From Flectonema sp. DT1601 (Eukaryota): DNA of 64,000 nt. Within the stretch, counting starts at the first letter, position 1. Each line of letters starts with the position of its first letter. Positions 1-11,185 of this stretch are shown one piece after another. The stretch covers positions 186,001 through 250,000 of the forward strand of contig OZ025785.1 in assembly GCA_964019425.1 (NCBI GenBank), read 5' to 3'. Under the pieces are notes generated by a model. The model searched no databases. It was not told where the DNA came from and saw only the letters and a list, made by a program, of their open reading frames with translations. A program made the translations under genes and the position numbers.

Positions 1-792
1 CTCTTTCACGTTATCACGTGTAGTCAGCTGAGAGAGTTCAGTGATGGTAGCTAGACCAGAAATTGTTTCACTAAAAACAGATTGCGAGGATCCGTGACAT
101 AATTCCGCTGCGTGCAACTTACGTAAAACATCATAGCACTTCTCTGGAGATGGAACAACATGATGTGGAAGGATATGCTCCATTTGCACAAAAACATAAC
201 CTCCTTCGGTCCAATAATTATGATAACGAACACAGCCAGGATGCTGAGCAGAGAAATTAATCGCTTCTGAGACGGAGGTCGTTGAGGTTTGAGTTACTTT
301 GATTGTGTAGATGGCACCGTCAGTCTTACTGGTAGCAGAAACCCAAGTAGAATTATTAGCCTGCCATATCTGACATTGACTGCTAGTGTTGAAATCACGA
401 GTCAGACGAGTGTGTTGAAGGAACAACGGAACAGGATCGTTCGACACGAAAGGCTTCGACGACATGAACGGGTTTCCGTGATTGCTCGAGAGATAGTTGT
501 CAGCACACATTCCGTTTGAGAATTGACTTCTCGCTGAAAACAACGATTCAGAATCACATCCAACACCGGCACTAATCTGTCTCAACGGCGTAGTACATAT
601 CAAAGGTAATTGTCTGATCATCGAAACAGGTTCAGGAGTCATTAATAATTGCTTTACAGGTGTCGCTGGAGCTGTGAACATGTCATCAATAAAACCTTCA
701 CCCATGACTTGTCCTACGGGAGTTGATGGAGATTCCTCAACACAATAATTACCTTCCTCTTCGAAGGCTGGTACTTCAATTCTGAGACACAT
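1..792 (-). CDS. Wee1/Myt1-like protein kinase-fold protein, probably a pseudokinase; runs off the window edge
   Basis: Hand translation from the ATG at 792 is open for 264 codons to position 1 (absent from the ORF track). Contains DGAIYTIK and HPGCVRYHNYWTEGGYVFVQMEH, typical of Wee1-type N-lobes; the catalytic loop reads LCHGSS instead of HxD. Confidence 0.7.
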   Translation of the reverse strand, partial: MCLRIEVPAFEEEGNYCVEESPSTPVGQVMGEGFIDDMFTAPATPVKQLLMTPEPVSMIRQLPLICTTPLRQISAGVGCDSESLFSARSQFSNGMCADNYLSSNHGNPFMSSKPFVSNDPVPLFLQHTRLTRDFNTSSQCQIWQANNSTWVSATSKTDGAIYTIKVTQTSTTSVSEAINFSAQHPGCVRYHNYWTEGGYVFVQMEHILPHHVVPSPEKCYDVLRKLHAAELCHGSSQSVFSETISGLATITELSQLTTRDNVKE

Positions 793-882
793 GTCTTTTT
801 TTTTTTTTTTGTTTTTTTTTTTTGTTTTTTTTCTTTGAAAAAAAAAAATTATTATAAACTAAACGATAATAACCGAACAACA

Positions 883-916
<34 letters not shown>

Positions 917-1155
917 GCATCTCCAATCGCGAAGTTCTTGTTTTTCTAATTTTGTTTTTTTCCCGATGAGAGATGATTATTTGTAAATTTGTATCAAATT
1001 AAACATAGAAAAGATCAATAATGGTGTAGAAGTACGTCAGTCAATCCATTAAAGCTCAGCATCTGAATACCTGGTTGGGGGATGAGAGGTGATATAAAAA
1101 AAAATAAATAAATAAAAAATGTATTTTTTTTTTTTCGCAAGACTGGCGAAAATTA

Positions 1156-2484
1156 TTACAAAGCTTCCAACATCGGTCTTTCAAGTCCTCCGAGCTCACG
1201 AGTCTGTCGTTTGTTTCTTCGAGAGATGTTTTCGGCTTTCTTTGGTCTGAGAAATTCAACTTTGAGAGGTTTCTTTGATCTGAAAGGGTTCTTCCCATTA
1301 AACATCTGTTGAGCTCGATAAGATGAAACTCCGTCACTCATCTCAATGTGACAGGTGTCTGATTTTATCAACAGTTCTGGTTTACCGAAATCTCTTACAT
1401 AAATAACTTTACCAGCCTTACTAAATAACTCAAATAATTTTTGTTTTCTATCAGTGATAAACGGAACATCTCTGACAATCAGATTTCGTAAGCTAGCAAC
1501 CGATAGACGTTCCTCCGCAATGCTCTCAGGTGGAAATTGAGTCGTGGAAATCGATTCTAAGTCGCCTTCGACACAAACATGTTCAGAAATTACTTTGCAA
1601 ATTCTCAAATACGTTTCTTCATTAATTTCATCTTTTGATGATCCTCCTCCAGTCCATGCTTCCAGTACTTCTGATATCTTATTTCGTAATGAAGAATTAT
1701 CTGAATACCCCCGTCTAGCTATTACACCAAACGATCTTTTCTGAACTCGCAATGGATTTGAATTCCTTTTTAACGATTTCGATGCTTTAATCTTCCCATC
1801 TCTATAATTGATCGACATCGCTAATAAGTTTGATGCTTCTTTTCGAATTGGCAACAATCGACTAGACGATTTCACTGATGAAAGACTTCTACACAAAGCA
1901 GCAATACAAACATGTGAATACTGAAACAGCAATCCAGTGTATTGGAGATGAAGGAATATTTTTGATGCAATGTTTGATTGGATAAGTGGGTCTTTTGGTG
2001 AATATTTCATTATTTTCAGAGACAGTAATTCTGACAGAGGATGACAGGACTCTATGTACGACTCAGATGACAATATATTTGCGACAAGCAGAGACTTACC
2101 ACCCTCTGCTAAATATGAAAATAAATTCTCAACCGATTCCGTCGTTATTACTGATGAGTGTTTTTGATTTATTTTTTTAAACCACATCCAAACTGGATTA
2201 CAATTTTCACTAGTTCCAATAAGGAGTTTGAGGATAATAATTAAAACAGATTTAGTCATTATTCCATCATCACAATGTAATGAGTGGTATCCCATTTCTT
2301 TTAATAAAATCCATCTTTTAACGGAGCTTTTTTGATCAATTAGTGCGGTTTGAATCAAGTCGGTGTTGACATTAACCAAATTAGATTTCTTCAAACACAA
2401 AACAGGACTATATCTTGAAACTGATCTGAGTCTCTTAACTGCCGGGGATCCCACACCCGGTGACAGCAAGGAAATGTATTTCAT
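1156..2484 (-). CDS. 442-aa protein with a C-terminal RRM domain
   Basis: Long ORF; the C-terminal LIVRDVP...LFELFSKAGKV...CHIEM...AQQMFNG...PLKVEF follows the RRM pattern. Confidence 0.75.
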   Translation of the reverse strand: MKYISLLSPGVGSPAVKRLRSVSRYSPVLCLKKSNLVNVNTDLIQTALIDQKSSVKRWILLKEMGYHSLHCDDGIMTKSVLIIILKLLIGTSENCNPVWMWFKKINQKHSSVITTESVENLFSYLAEGGKSLLVANILSSESYIESCHPLSELLSLKIMKYSPKDPLIQSNIASKIFLHLQYTGLLFQYSHVCIAALCRSLSSVKSSSRLLPIRKEASNLLAMSINYRDGKIKASKSLKRNSNPLRVQKRSFGVIARRGYSDNSSLRNKISEVLEAWTGGGSSKDEINEETYLRICKVISEHVCVEGDLESISTTQFPPESIAEERLSVASLRNLIVRDVPFITDRKQKLFELFSKAGKVIYVRDFGKPELLIKSDTCHIEMSDGVSSYRAQQMFNGKNPFRSKKPLKVEFLRPKKAENISRRNKRQTRELGGLERPMLEAL

Positions 2485-2710
2485 AGCATTGAATTGTTTT
2501 AAATTTTTAATGTCTTTTTTAGAAAAAAAAACTTTGAATTTATGATTGATATATTGACATAAGGGACAAATAGAAACTCCTCATGAATCATTTTTAAAAT
2601 ATTTTTATCCTGTTGTTTGTGTACATGTGTAACAATTACTTGAAAATAGTTTTTTTTTTTTTTTTTTTTTTTTTTTTCCACAAGAACCGAACTCAACTCC
2701 CAACACTAAC

Positions 2711-2745
<35 letters not shown>

Positions 2746-3291
2746 AAAACTATGTCACAAGGCTAACCCAAAAAAAAGAGAATAAAAGTGGGAATGAAAA
2801 GCAAAGGTTAGAAACGGGGTAAATTGATAACTGTCGTCATCAACTTCAAAGGAACGGGTGGGTTCCCTTCATTTTTTTTTTTTTTTTATTTTTTTTTTTT
2901 TTTGCGTGGAGCCTTCCTTTCTTGTGTTGAGGTCTGTAAGAAGTAAGTTGCAATGGAACCACAATATGACGGTCTAGAGTGAGAGAGAAAAAAATTTCAC
3001 CTGGGCACAAACAAAACAAAATGTATAAAATAAAAAGAAAGGGAAAATATGAAAAGCTTGGCCACCTACACTTAGGCACTAAAAAAAAAAAAAAAAAATA
3101 TCATCACAAAGTACGAAAGAAATAAAAAAACAAGGCTACTCTTGTCAAATAAAACAGTTTTTTTTTTTTTTTTTTTTTTTTTCCTTCTCTCCTCCCACAC
3201 AGTTTGCGTATTGATATAATTTGATTGGTTAGCTCCTCAAACTTTAACCTACTCAGAATAAGTTAAAGAAATAAAAAAAGAGAGATCCCCA

Positions 3292-3732
3292 CTAGCTTTG
3301 ACGTCCCCTATGAACCGGATTGAAATTAACCGTAGCGTATGACGAATCCTCTTCGGGATATCGCTGTCGTGATCGAGAGTATTTATGAGGCTTTCTATCA
3401 GACCGAGAAAACTGCAGAGGTGAAGGCTCATTATATAGATCATGTTGCCATCTTGTCTTTATCCCTTCTCTGTCATAAACAGAAGCTGTAGGTTGATGAA
3501 TTCTAACGTCTTCTTCAGGTTCTACGGGATCTTGTCTTCTACGAGACATAGTTGGGAGTCCTCCCTCGACTTTATTAAAGTGAGCTTTCATCTTAACCTT
3601 CTCACCTCCATCAACTTTAAAATGATGAGATGGTGGTGGTGGTGGTTCTCTCTTCCGTGATGGAGCTCCAGCAATCCTCCCTCCTCCGCACATCGCTGCT
3701 GCTTCTTCAAGGATGCTACGTACTGCTGCCAT
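3292..3732 (-). CDS. Basic low-complexity protein with a WQHDLY (WxHD) motif; possibly the last exon of a spliced gene
   Basis: 146-aa ORF. WxHD motifs occur in ALYREF/Btz-type mRNP proteins. The ATG is directly preceded by AAACAG, an acceptor-like sequence. Confidence 0.6.
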   Translation of the reverse strand: MAAVRSILEEAAAMCGGGRIAGAPSRKREPPPPPSHHFKVDGGEKVKMKAHFNKVEGGLPTMSRRRQDPVEPEEDVRIHQPTASVYDREGIKTRWQHDLYNEPSPLQFSRSDRKPHKYSRSRQRYPEEDSSYATVNFNPVHRGRQS

Positions 3733-3836
3733 CTGTTTGTTTTTTTGTTTTTTGTTTTTTGAAAAAAAGCACGCAAAGTCAGACCATCCTCACAAACCAA
3801 ACAGCACCATTTCAACAGAGAATTAGAGTACAAGCA

Positions 3837-3911
3837 GCTTCAGACGTATTTATTATCTTCTAACAAGTACTATTCAGTCAATGTAGGTAAGTAAGATTAA
3901 ATCATCACACG
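3837..3911 (-). ncRNA. Terminal (tenth) C/D snoRNA copy with a variant D-box guide
   Basis: Same C, D' and C' boxes; D guide TAATAAATACGT-CTGA instead of TAATAAATATTG-CTGA. Confidence 0.75.
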
Positions 3912-5731
3912 AAGAACAGACACAAGACGACATCCAGAGAGTTGCTGCATACTACCAGAGATGAGCAACTCTCCACAACACAAGGACAGGACACTCAGAA
4001 CACAAAGAGCAGCCATCAAACAAATAACTTCACTGATAGTCAGCAATATTTATTATCTTCTAACAAGTACTATTCAGTCAATGTAGGTAAGTAAGATTAA
4101 ATCATCACACGAAGAACAGACACAAGACGACATCCAGAGAGTTGCTGCATACTACCAGAGATGAGCAACTCTCCACAACACAAGGACAGGACACTCAGAA
4201 CACACAGAGCAGCCATCAAACAGATAACTTCACTGATAGTCAGCAATATTTATTATCTTCTAACAAGTACTATTCAGTCAATGTAGGTAAGTAAGATTAA
4301 ATCATCACACGAAGAACAGACACAAGACGACATCCAGAGAGTTGCTGCATACTACCAGAGATGAGCAACTCTCCACAACACAAGGACAGGACACTCAGAA
4401 CACACAGAGCAGCCATCAAACAGATAACGTCACTGATAGTCAGCAATATTTATTATCTTCTAACAAGTACTATTCAGTCAATGTAGGTAAGTAAGATTAA
4501 ATCATCACACGAAGAACAGACACAAGACGACATCCAGAGAGTTGCTGCATACTACCAGAGATGAGCAACTCTCCACAACACAAGGACAGGACACTCAGAA
4601 CACACAGAGCAGCCATCAAACAGATAACTTCACTGATAGTCAGCAATATTTATTATCTTCTAACAAGTACTATTCAGTCAATGTAGGTAAGTAAGATTAA
4701 ATCATCACACGAAGAACAGACACAAGACGACATCCAGAGAGTTGCTGCATACTACCAGAGATGAGCAACTCTCCACAACACAAGGACAGGACACTCAGAA
4801 CACACAGAGCAGCCATCAAACAGATAACTTCACTGATAGTCAGCAATATTTATTATCTTCTAACAAGTACTATTCAGTCAATGTAGGTAAGTAAGATTAA
4901 ATCATCACACGAAGAACAGACACAAGACGACATCCAGAGAGTTGCTGCATACTACCAGAGATGAGCAACTCTCCACAACACAAGGACAGGACACTCAGAA
5001 CACACAGAGCAGCCATCAAACAGATAACTTCACTGATAGTCAGCAATATTTATTATCTTCTAACAAGTACTATTCAGTCAATGTAGGTAAGTAAGATTAA
5101 ATCATCACACGAAGAACAGACACAAGACGACATCCAGAGAGTTGCTGCATACTACCAGAGATGAGCAACTCTCCACAACACAAGGACAGGACACTCAGAA
5201 CACACAGAGCAGCCATCAAACAGATAACGTCACTGATAGTCAGCAATATTTATTATCTTCTAACAAGTACTATTCAGTCAATGTAGGTAAGTAAGATTAA
5301 ATCATCACACGAAGAACAGACACAAGACGACATCCAGAGAGTTGCTGCATACTACCAGAGATGAGCAACTCTCCACAACACAAGGACAGGACACTCAGAA
5401 CACACAGAGCAGCCATCAAACAGATAACTTCACTGATAGTCAGCAATATTTATTATCTTCTAACAAGTACTATTCAGTCAATGTAGGTAAGTAAGATTAA
5501 ATCATCACACGAAGAACAGACACAAGACGACATCCAGAGAGTTGCTGCATACTACCAGAGATGAGCAACTCTCCACAACACAAGGACAGGACACTCAGAA
5601 CACACAGAGCAGCCATCAAACAGATAACGTCACTGATAGTCAGCAATATTTATTATCTTCTAACAAGTACTATTCAGTCAATGTAGGTAAGTAAGATTAA
5701 ATCATCACACGAAGAACAGACACAAGACGAC
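3847..5731. repeat. Tandem array of a 200-bp unit, about 9.4 near-identical copies
   Basis: TATTATCTTCTAACAAGTAC recurs at 3851, 4051 ... 5651. Confidence 0.98.
4037..5711 (-). ncRNA. Nine tandem box C/D snoRNA copies (about 75 nt each, e.g. 4037-4111), SNORD34/U34/snR62-like
   Basis: Minus strand: GTGATGA (C) ... CTTACCTACATTG-A-CTGA (D') ... AGAAGA (C'-like) TAATAAATATTG CTGA (D). The D' guide is complementary to the conserved LSU rRNA CAAUGUAGGUAAG, and the fifth-nucleotide rule gives the same U as U34. Confidence 0.8.
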
Positions 5732-5765
5732 CCAAATACATTTAAAAAAAGAAAAAAAAACATAC

Positions 5766-5891
5766 TTGAGGTTGCAAATAAGGATAAGGCTGCATTCTAT
5801 TTGTTTTATTGTAATTGTTGGAATCAGACCTCAGGCCTCCTCTGGCTGGTTTTTTAGTGTTTGTTTGCTTCCTCCGCTGGGGAGGATCCAT
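5766..5891 (-). CDS. Candidate upstream exon (MDPPQRRKQ...RGG...NRMQPYPYLQPQ) joining in frame to 3292-3732
   Basis: Ends on a codon boundary at CAA|GTATGT (5765); acceptor CAG at 3735-3733. The joined RGG...R..PY...WQHDLY order resembles ALYREF N-termini. Confidence 0.4.
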
Positions 5892-7435
5892 CGCATCCGC
5901 ATACATGCAGACAGATCTGGTACCCCCTGAAGCATCTGAGGAAAAGATAATGATTATTTGATTATAATTTACTTTTATAAAAAAACTACGCTTTTGAGGT
6001 ACTTGACATTTCACTGTTGATGTTGTAACGACCTGTTTTAAAAAACAAAAAAAAAAAAAAAAGAAATAATAGTTGACGAAACACAACAAGTAAGAATTAC
6101 TACTGTGACAAAAGTACCCTCGTCACGATGAAAGAAAAGAGAAAAAGAAAAAAAAAAATCCTTGCCAATGACCTTCACATGGTAGAAAGAAAAGAAAATA
6201 ACGTAAAACACTAACCTCACTATACTTGAGGTGACCCATTCCTTCTACTGAAGGAAACAAAAAAAAAAAAAAAAAGAATTGTCAGGCAAAAAAAAAGAAA
6301 AAATGCTACCCACCCATGGTTTTACCTCCTACTCGTTGACTGGTTGCAGCTGTTTAGAGACCCTTATCTAACATAGTGTTGGTGCTTGGCCAGAGATGGT
6401 TCGATGACTGTTGTTGTTGTTGTTGTTGTTGTTTTTTTAATCCACCTCCTCTCCATACTAAAGTACAACATACCAACAACTGGTTTGCCTTCCTCTGATT
6501 GATATGCGTGTGAAAGAAGTACAGAGGAGTGAAAAACGGAACAAGTGGGGAGGCACAGACGTTGTAGATCTTTGCCTTGAAGCTGTTTGTGTTTTTTTAA
6601 TTTTTGTTTCAGATGTTCAAAAATACCACAATCTACGATCAACACATACTTGCTGATGTACAACTCCAAAGGGAATTCAAGCGATCCCAACTTGTTCTTC
6701 CACATCAAGTGCTCTACTGGTGACATATTTGCTTACCTGATTTTCTGTTTTGGAGGAAAATATTTTTAAGTACATTTATAATAAGGTAACTACTAAAACT
6801 AAAACCATGATAAAGGTTCTGCAATCATAATGGTCACGATGATGTGTTTTCATAGATTAATCCCGCTGTTTACCACCATCGCTGTGACGAGGCGCTTTAC
6901 CTGATCTCTCAGCGTTAACATTTATTCAAGACACAGTAGTCAAAAAGTCATGTGTTCCTACTGCAAAACGAAGTATTCTTGTTAAGGAAATAATCATCAA
7001 TTTCTTTTTTCTTTTCCAGTCCAAAATTCATGAGAAATATTTCCATTTTTTTTTTTTTTTTTTAGATAACTCGTTTGTCAAAAAAAAAAAAAAATACCAG
7101 ACTGCCGTTGTTGTGTTTTTTTTAATCCTCTTTAGAAATCTAAAAAAAAAAAAAAAAAAATAAGAGGAAAAGAAAAGAATAGAAAAATTACATGACACAA
7201 AAAAAAACTAAAAGAAAAAAAAACTCTGTTTTTTTGCTAACCATATTTTACACAGATATTTCTATTAATCTAAGAGAAAAAAAAGAAAAAAAAACTAACT
7301 AACTACTGTTTAATTGTGTAATGACGTGCTCCCCCTTCCTCCTCCCTCCCATCTGTAGCTACAACGGCGTTGGAGGTTCAGTATAAATAACCTGATTGTA
7401 GCGATAAGATTTAATCATCATTTAATATAATTATT

Positions 7436-10400
7436 TTAATAATAACATACCGGGAGAGTATGGTCCGATCTCACAGAGCTGGGAGCTGCCAGTGAAGGTG
7501 ATTCTTCCATAGCACGACTTCTCCTAAGTGTTTGTTCTACTCTCTCATCCATCTTTGATATGTAACTGAGAACGTCTATGGTGTTGTCACCACAACGACT
7601 ACCACCACCTCCAATGCTTATGTCTGATAGACCTAAATCTATTCTATCAACTAGTGAGGGTGATCTAGATCGTTTTGGGCTTACTCTCTTTGTAGGTGCT
7701 GGTTCATAATAAAATATCGGTTTAGTACCTTTTATAGCATCATTTCGACTTTCAGAAGTCAAAGAATCGACCCCACTCGCATATCGAATACTGTCATCTT
7801 TATCATGAAGGATCGAGTGTGTTGCGTTTTTTAAAAAATTCGTATAGTCGTGACTGTCGTCAATTTTTGATGATAACGCGTTCCTAACCTGCTGATGTTC
7901 AGATGAAAGAGTCGTGTATTCCCTTCTTAGTAAAAGATCGTTCGATGACAGCAGTTCATTTTGTTGAGATAAATCACTAATTCGTTTCTTTAAATTGTTA
8001 GTTTCTGACAAATCAAATGAACTACTTCTCTTTTCTAAATTCGATATTTTCGCTTCCATAATCGATATTAAAGTTTCTCTGCTATGTAATGAATCTGATA
8101 GCTGAGACACTTGTCTGTGATCTTGATTTCTACTACTTTGAAGTTGTTTAACTTCCATACTCGATCTCTCTGCTTGTTTCCGAAGTACAATATTCTGTTC
8201 CATCATACTGTTAACGTACTGTTTGGCTCTCACTTCTGGAGTAACAACTCTCACGACTCTACTAACAGATTCTCTCATTGACTGATATAGGCTTCCTTTT
8301 GAATAATATTTCACAGGTCTTTCTGACAGAATCTTTTCCATTAAACTAAAAACTCCTTCAACATCCTCTTGAGTTGTTGTTTTATAATCAGATGATGTAA
8401 TTTGAGAATTCTCCGGTGGGTATGGAAGTTTTAACCCAGGTTCGATTCCGGGTGAGGTAGAAATAATTGGAATGCGATCTCCGCGGGAGGTCTTCAAGTA
8501 GAGGAGTTTTGGACGGCGGAGGAGGAGTTTTTTCAATCGGATGGTGGCGAGGACGGCTGAAGCGAATTTCCGCATTGATTTTGGTATGATTTTAACAGTT
8601 GGGAAGTGCTGAGTTTCGTACACTCGACAAGCATTTTGTAGAGCATTCGACCAGGCTATCAGTGCGTTTCGTTGAAATACTACTTCTGAGTGACTCTCAT
8701 ACAGAGGCGACAACACTCTCGTTAATACAATTAGTCCTTTATGACATCTTATTAAGGATTGTGATTGTTCTTTATTTATTGTTGTTAGTTTACCAATCTC
8801 ATGTCTTGATTGCTTGATGTTGTCTTGTAATTCTTCGAACGACTGTTGTTGTTGAGAAGCTGTGTTTGTAACCAACTGCAGCTCACGATCTTTGGTAGAA
8901 ACTTCTCTTTGAAGCATTTCAATTTCTGATGTCTTTTTGTTGTAGTCATCTTGAGAGTCTTGTAGAAGAGATAATCGTTGTGTTGTTTCGTTTAATTGAT
9001 TGTCAGTAATGACAAGACGTCTCTGAAGGTCTTCAATCACAACTTTTTCCTTTGAGTTCTGTCTCTGTAGATCAGAATTCTTAATTGAAACACTTTCAAC
9101 AGATTGAGTTAAGACTCCAATCTGTTGTCTGGCTAGTTGGAGTTCTGATTTATGAGATGTGAGGTCAAGAGACATGTCAGAATTGTCAATTCTCGAACGT
9201 GATATGGTTTGTTCCATTCCTTGTATTTTCATAAATAACTGATCTCTGTCAGATGTATATTTCACAGATAGCTCACGAGTAACTCTTTCAATCTCTGCTC
9301 TCTTCTGATCCTCAGACAGAGCTACAGTTCGTCGCATATCTTCATGAGATTCTGTTAAGGTATTCCTAGCAGTACTTAGTGATGTTTCAAGGTCTTGGTT
9401 ACGTTGTTGAAGGTCTTTTGATTTTTTCAATTCTCTGTCAGAATGTTGAACTGATGACGTTATAAAATCATTAATCATAAATAAAATAGTTTCAAAAGAG
9501 AGAGACTCTCCATCTGGTTTGCGGGATTCAGTTCCGTGGATCTGAATTATCTTACTCGCAGATGATTGGAGTGAACTGTTTCTACTTTCCAAAGTGTTTT
9601 TCAAATGTTCCAATTCACTTTTAGTAACAGACATTGCTGCTTCCAACAAGTTGAAAGCGTCAGTTTTCTCTCTCAATTCTTTAGTCGTCCCTTCGTATCT
9701 GTTGTAGAGAAGTTCATTCTCTTGCAATGCAGTCTCTCTTGCTCTGTCCAACTGAGTCATTTCGTGGGCGGTGTTTGTGACAGTTGCTTGGGACTCACGT
9801 GCTTCTTTACGCAGACGGGTGACTTCAGAGCAAAGTGTTATCGTGTTTGATCTCACATCTGTTGCTGCTTGCAAGAGTAACGGAGATAAGTGGACATGTG
9901 TAAGCCCACTCTCAACTAAGGATACCAAATCAAGATGTTCTCCTGCAGTAATTGCATCCACAACAGCTCCGAGTGATCTGAATTCACATTCAGCTTCCGT
10001 ACCAATCTGAGCAACTTTCACTAATAGAGTTTCATTGTGTTCTCTGAGACGATTAGCTTCAGTATTAGACAGAGATAGTTTATCCTTTTCGTGCTTCAAT
10101 TCTAATTTTATTTGTTCGGTTGCTGAGTTTGCCTGTCTGACCTGACCCCGTAGTATTTCAACAGATGCTACTTCTGATGACAGTTCTTTAATAAGTTGTT
10201 CAAGACTTGTTATGTTACTCTGAAGTGTCACGTTGTCATGTTGGAGTAGTTCTCTATTTGTTCTTTCTGTTTCTAGTTGACTGATTAGAGCAGAAGCGTC
10301 TTTTTTAGTTAAATCTAGTTCTCGGCTGAAACGAGAAATTTCAAGTACTTGATTCCTCAGTGACGGTATGGTTTCATTTTCTTTTTCTAACTGAGTCAGG

Positions 10401-11185
10401 TTGTCATTCAAATGAGATACAGTGGTGTTCAATTGTTGAATAACTGATCCTTGTTCAGATTTGAAGTTGTGCAGCATTTCTGTTGTCGATCGCAGCTCAG
10501 TTATAATTTCATCTCTGCGAGAAATCTCCTTTTCGAGAAGTGCTATTTTAGTTTCCTTTTCTTTGTTGAGCGAAGTAATCTCTTGGAGTTGCTTGCTTAC
10601 AGATGTTATTTCCTGTTGAAAACTACCATTACGAGATCGTAGTTCAGATTCTTTCTCTCCTAAGAGAGTTTTTGATAAACCAGCTGCACGTTCGTATGAA
10701 AGAAGTTGTTGTTGCAATGAAGTGTTGGTAGCGACGTGTCTTTGAGCGTCTTCTAGTAGAGCGGCTATGTGTGATTCTAAGTCTTGGATCTTATCTTCGT
10801 AGGCCTTCCTCATGGTAATGTTATCTTTTTCAAACCGTGTACATCTATGATGAAGTGAAGCTTGAACGTCATCATTTTGTTTTAATATGGTTTGTATTGA
10901 TTCTTGAATCTTACCATTCTCTTGTCCTCTTATTCTCAGCTTCTCTTCCAATATACTAATGTCTGCTTTTCTATTAAAAGACTCTTCTTTATATCTGAGG
11001 AGATCATTAACTTGTTGTTGGAGTTCATATATTCGACCACCTTCTGTCGTGTTGCTCCTTCCTAACCTACTCAAGGCACTCTGCTGCATTCCTACGGCTG
11101 ACAAGTTCGATTCCTGCGTTGCTTGATTTTCTCGACTTAGAAGCTCAGTTAGTTCTGATTTGAGTATTCTTGGTGGAGAGGACAT
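7436..11185 (-). CDS. Large coiled-coil protein, CCDC171-like
   Basis: About 1249-aa intronless ORF (first ATG at 11185; the track start at 11206 is GTG), heptad-rich. LSPLY...FQRNAL and MRKFASAVLATIRLK resemble CCDC171 motifs as recalled; not searched. Confidence 0.75.
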   Translation of the reverse strand: MSSPPRILKSELTELLSRENQATQESNLSAVGMQQSALSRLGRSNTTEGGRIYELQQQVNDLLRYKEESFNRKADISILEEKLRIRGQENGKIQESIQTILKQNDDVQASLHHRCTRFEKDNITMRKAYEDKIQDLESHIAALLEDAQRHVATNTSLQQQLLSYERAAGLSKTLLGEKESELRSRNGSFQQEITSVSKQLQEITSLNKEKETKIALLEKEISRRDEIITELRSTTEMLHNFKSEQGSVIQQLNTTVSHLNDNLTQLEKENETIPSLRNQVLEISRFSRELDLTKKDASALISQLETERTNRELLQHDNVTLQSNITSLEQLIKELSSEVASVEILRGQVRQANSATEQIKLELKHEKDKLSLSNTEANRLREHNETLLVKVAQIGTEAECEFRSLGAVVDAITAGEHLDLVSLVESGLTHVHLSPLLLQAATDVRSNTITLCSEVTRLRKEARESQATVTNTAHEMTQLDRARETALQENELLYNRYEGTTKELREKTDAFNLLEAAMSVTKSELEHLKNTLESRNSSLQSSASKIIQIHGTESRKPDGESLSFETILFMINDFITSSVQHSDRELKKSKDLQQRNQDLETSLSTARNTLTESHEDMRRTVALSEDQKRAEIERVTRELSVKYTSDRDQLFMKIQGMEQTISRSRIDNSDMSLDLTSHKSELQLARQQIGVLTQSVESVSIKNSDLQRQNSKEKVVIEDLQRRLVITDNQLNETTQRLSLLQDSQDDYNKKTSEIEMLQREVSTKDRELQLVTNTASQQQQSFEELQDNIKQSRHEIGKLTTINKEQSQSLIRCHKGLIVLTRVLSPLYESHSEVVFQRNALIAWSNALQNACRVYETQHFPTVKIIPKSMRKFASAVLATIRLKKLLLRRPKLLYLKTSRGDRIPIISTSPGIEPGLKLPYPPENSQITSSDYKTTTQEDVEGVFSLMEKILSERPVKYYSKGSLYQSMRESVSRVVRVVTPEVRAKQYVNSMMEQNIVLRKQAERSSMEVKQLQSSRNQDHRQVSQLSDSLHSRETLISIMEAKISNLEKRSSSFDLSETNNLKKRISDLSQQNELLSSNDLLLRREYTTLSSEHQQVRNALSSKIDDSHDYTNFLKNATHSILHDKDDSIRYASGVDSLTSESRNDAIKGTKPIFYYEPAPTKRVSPKRSRSPSLVDRIDLGLSDISIGGGGSRCGDNTIDVLSYISKMDERVEQTLRRSRAMEESPSLAAPSSVRSDHTLPVCYY

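Noticed and set aside
3847..5731. CRISPR array or spliced-leader/5S repeat
   Set aside because: Units are identical with no variable spacers; no SL exon or 5S sequence recognised; C/D boxes explain the unit.
6364..6726. 120-aa minus-strand ORF
   Set aside because: Crosses simple repeats and has no motif; upstream exon structure here could not be resolved.
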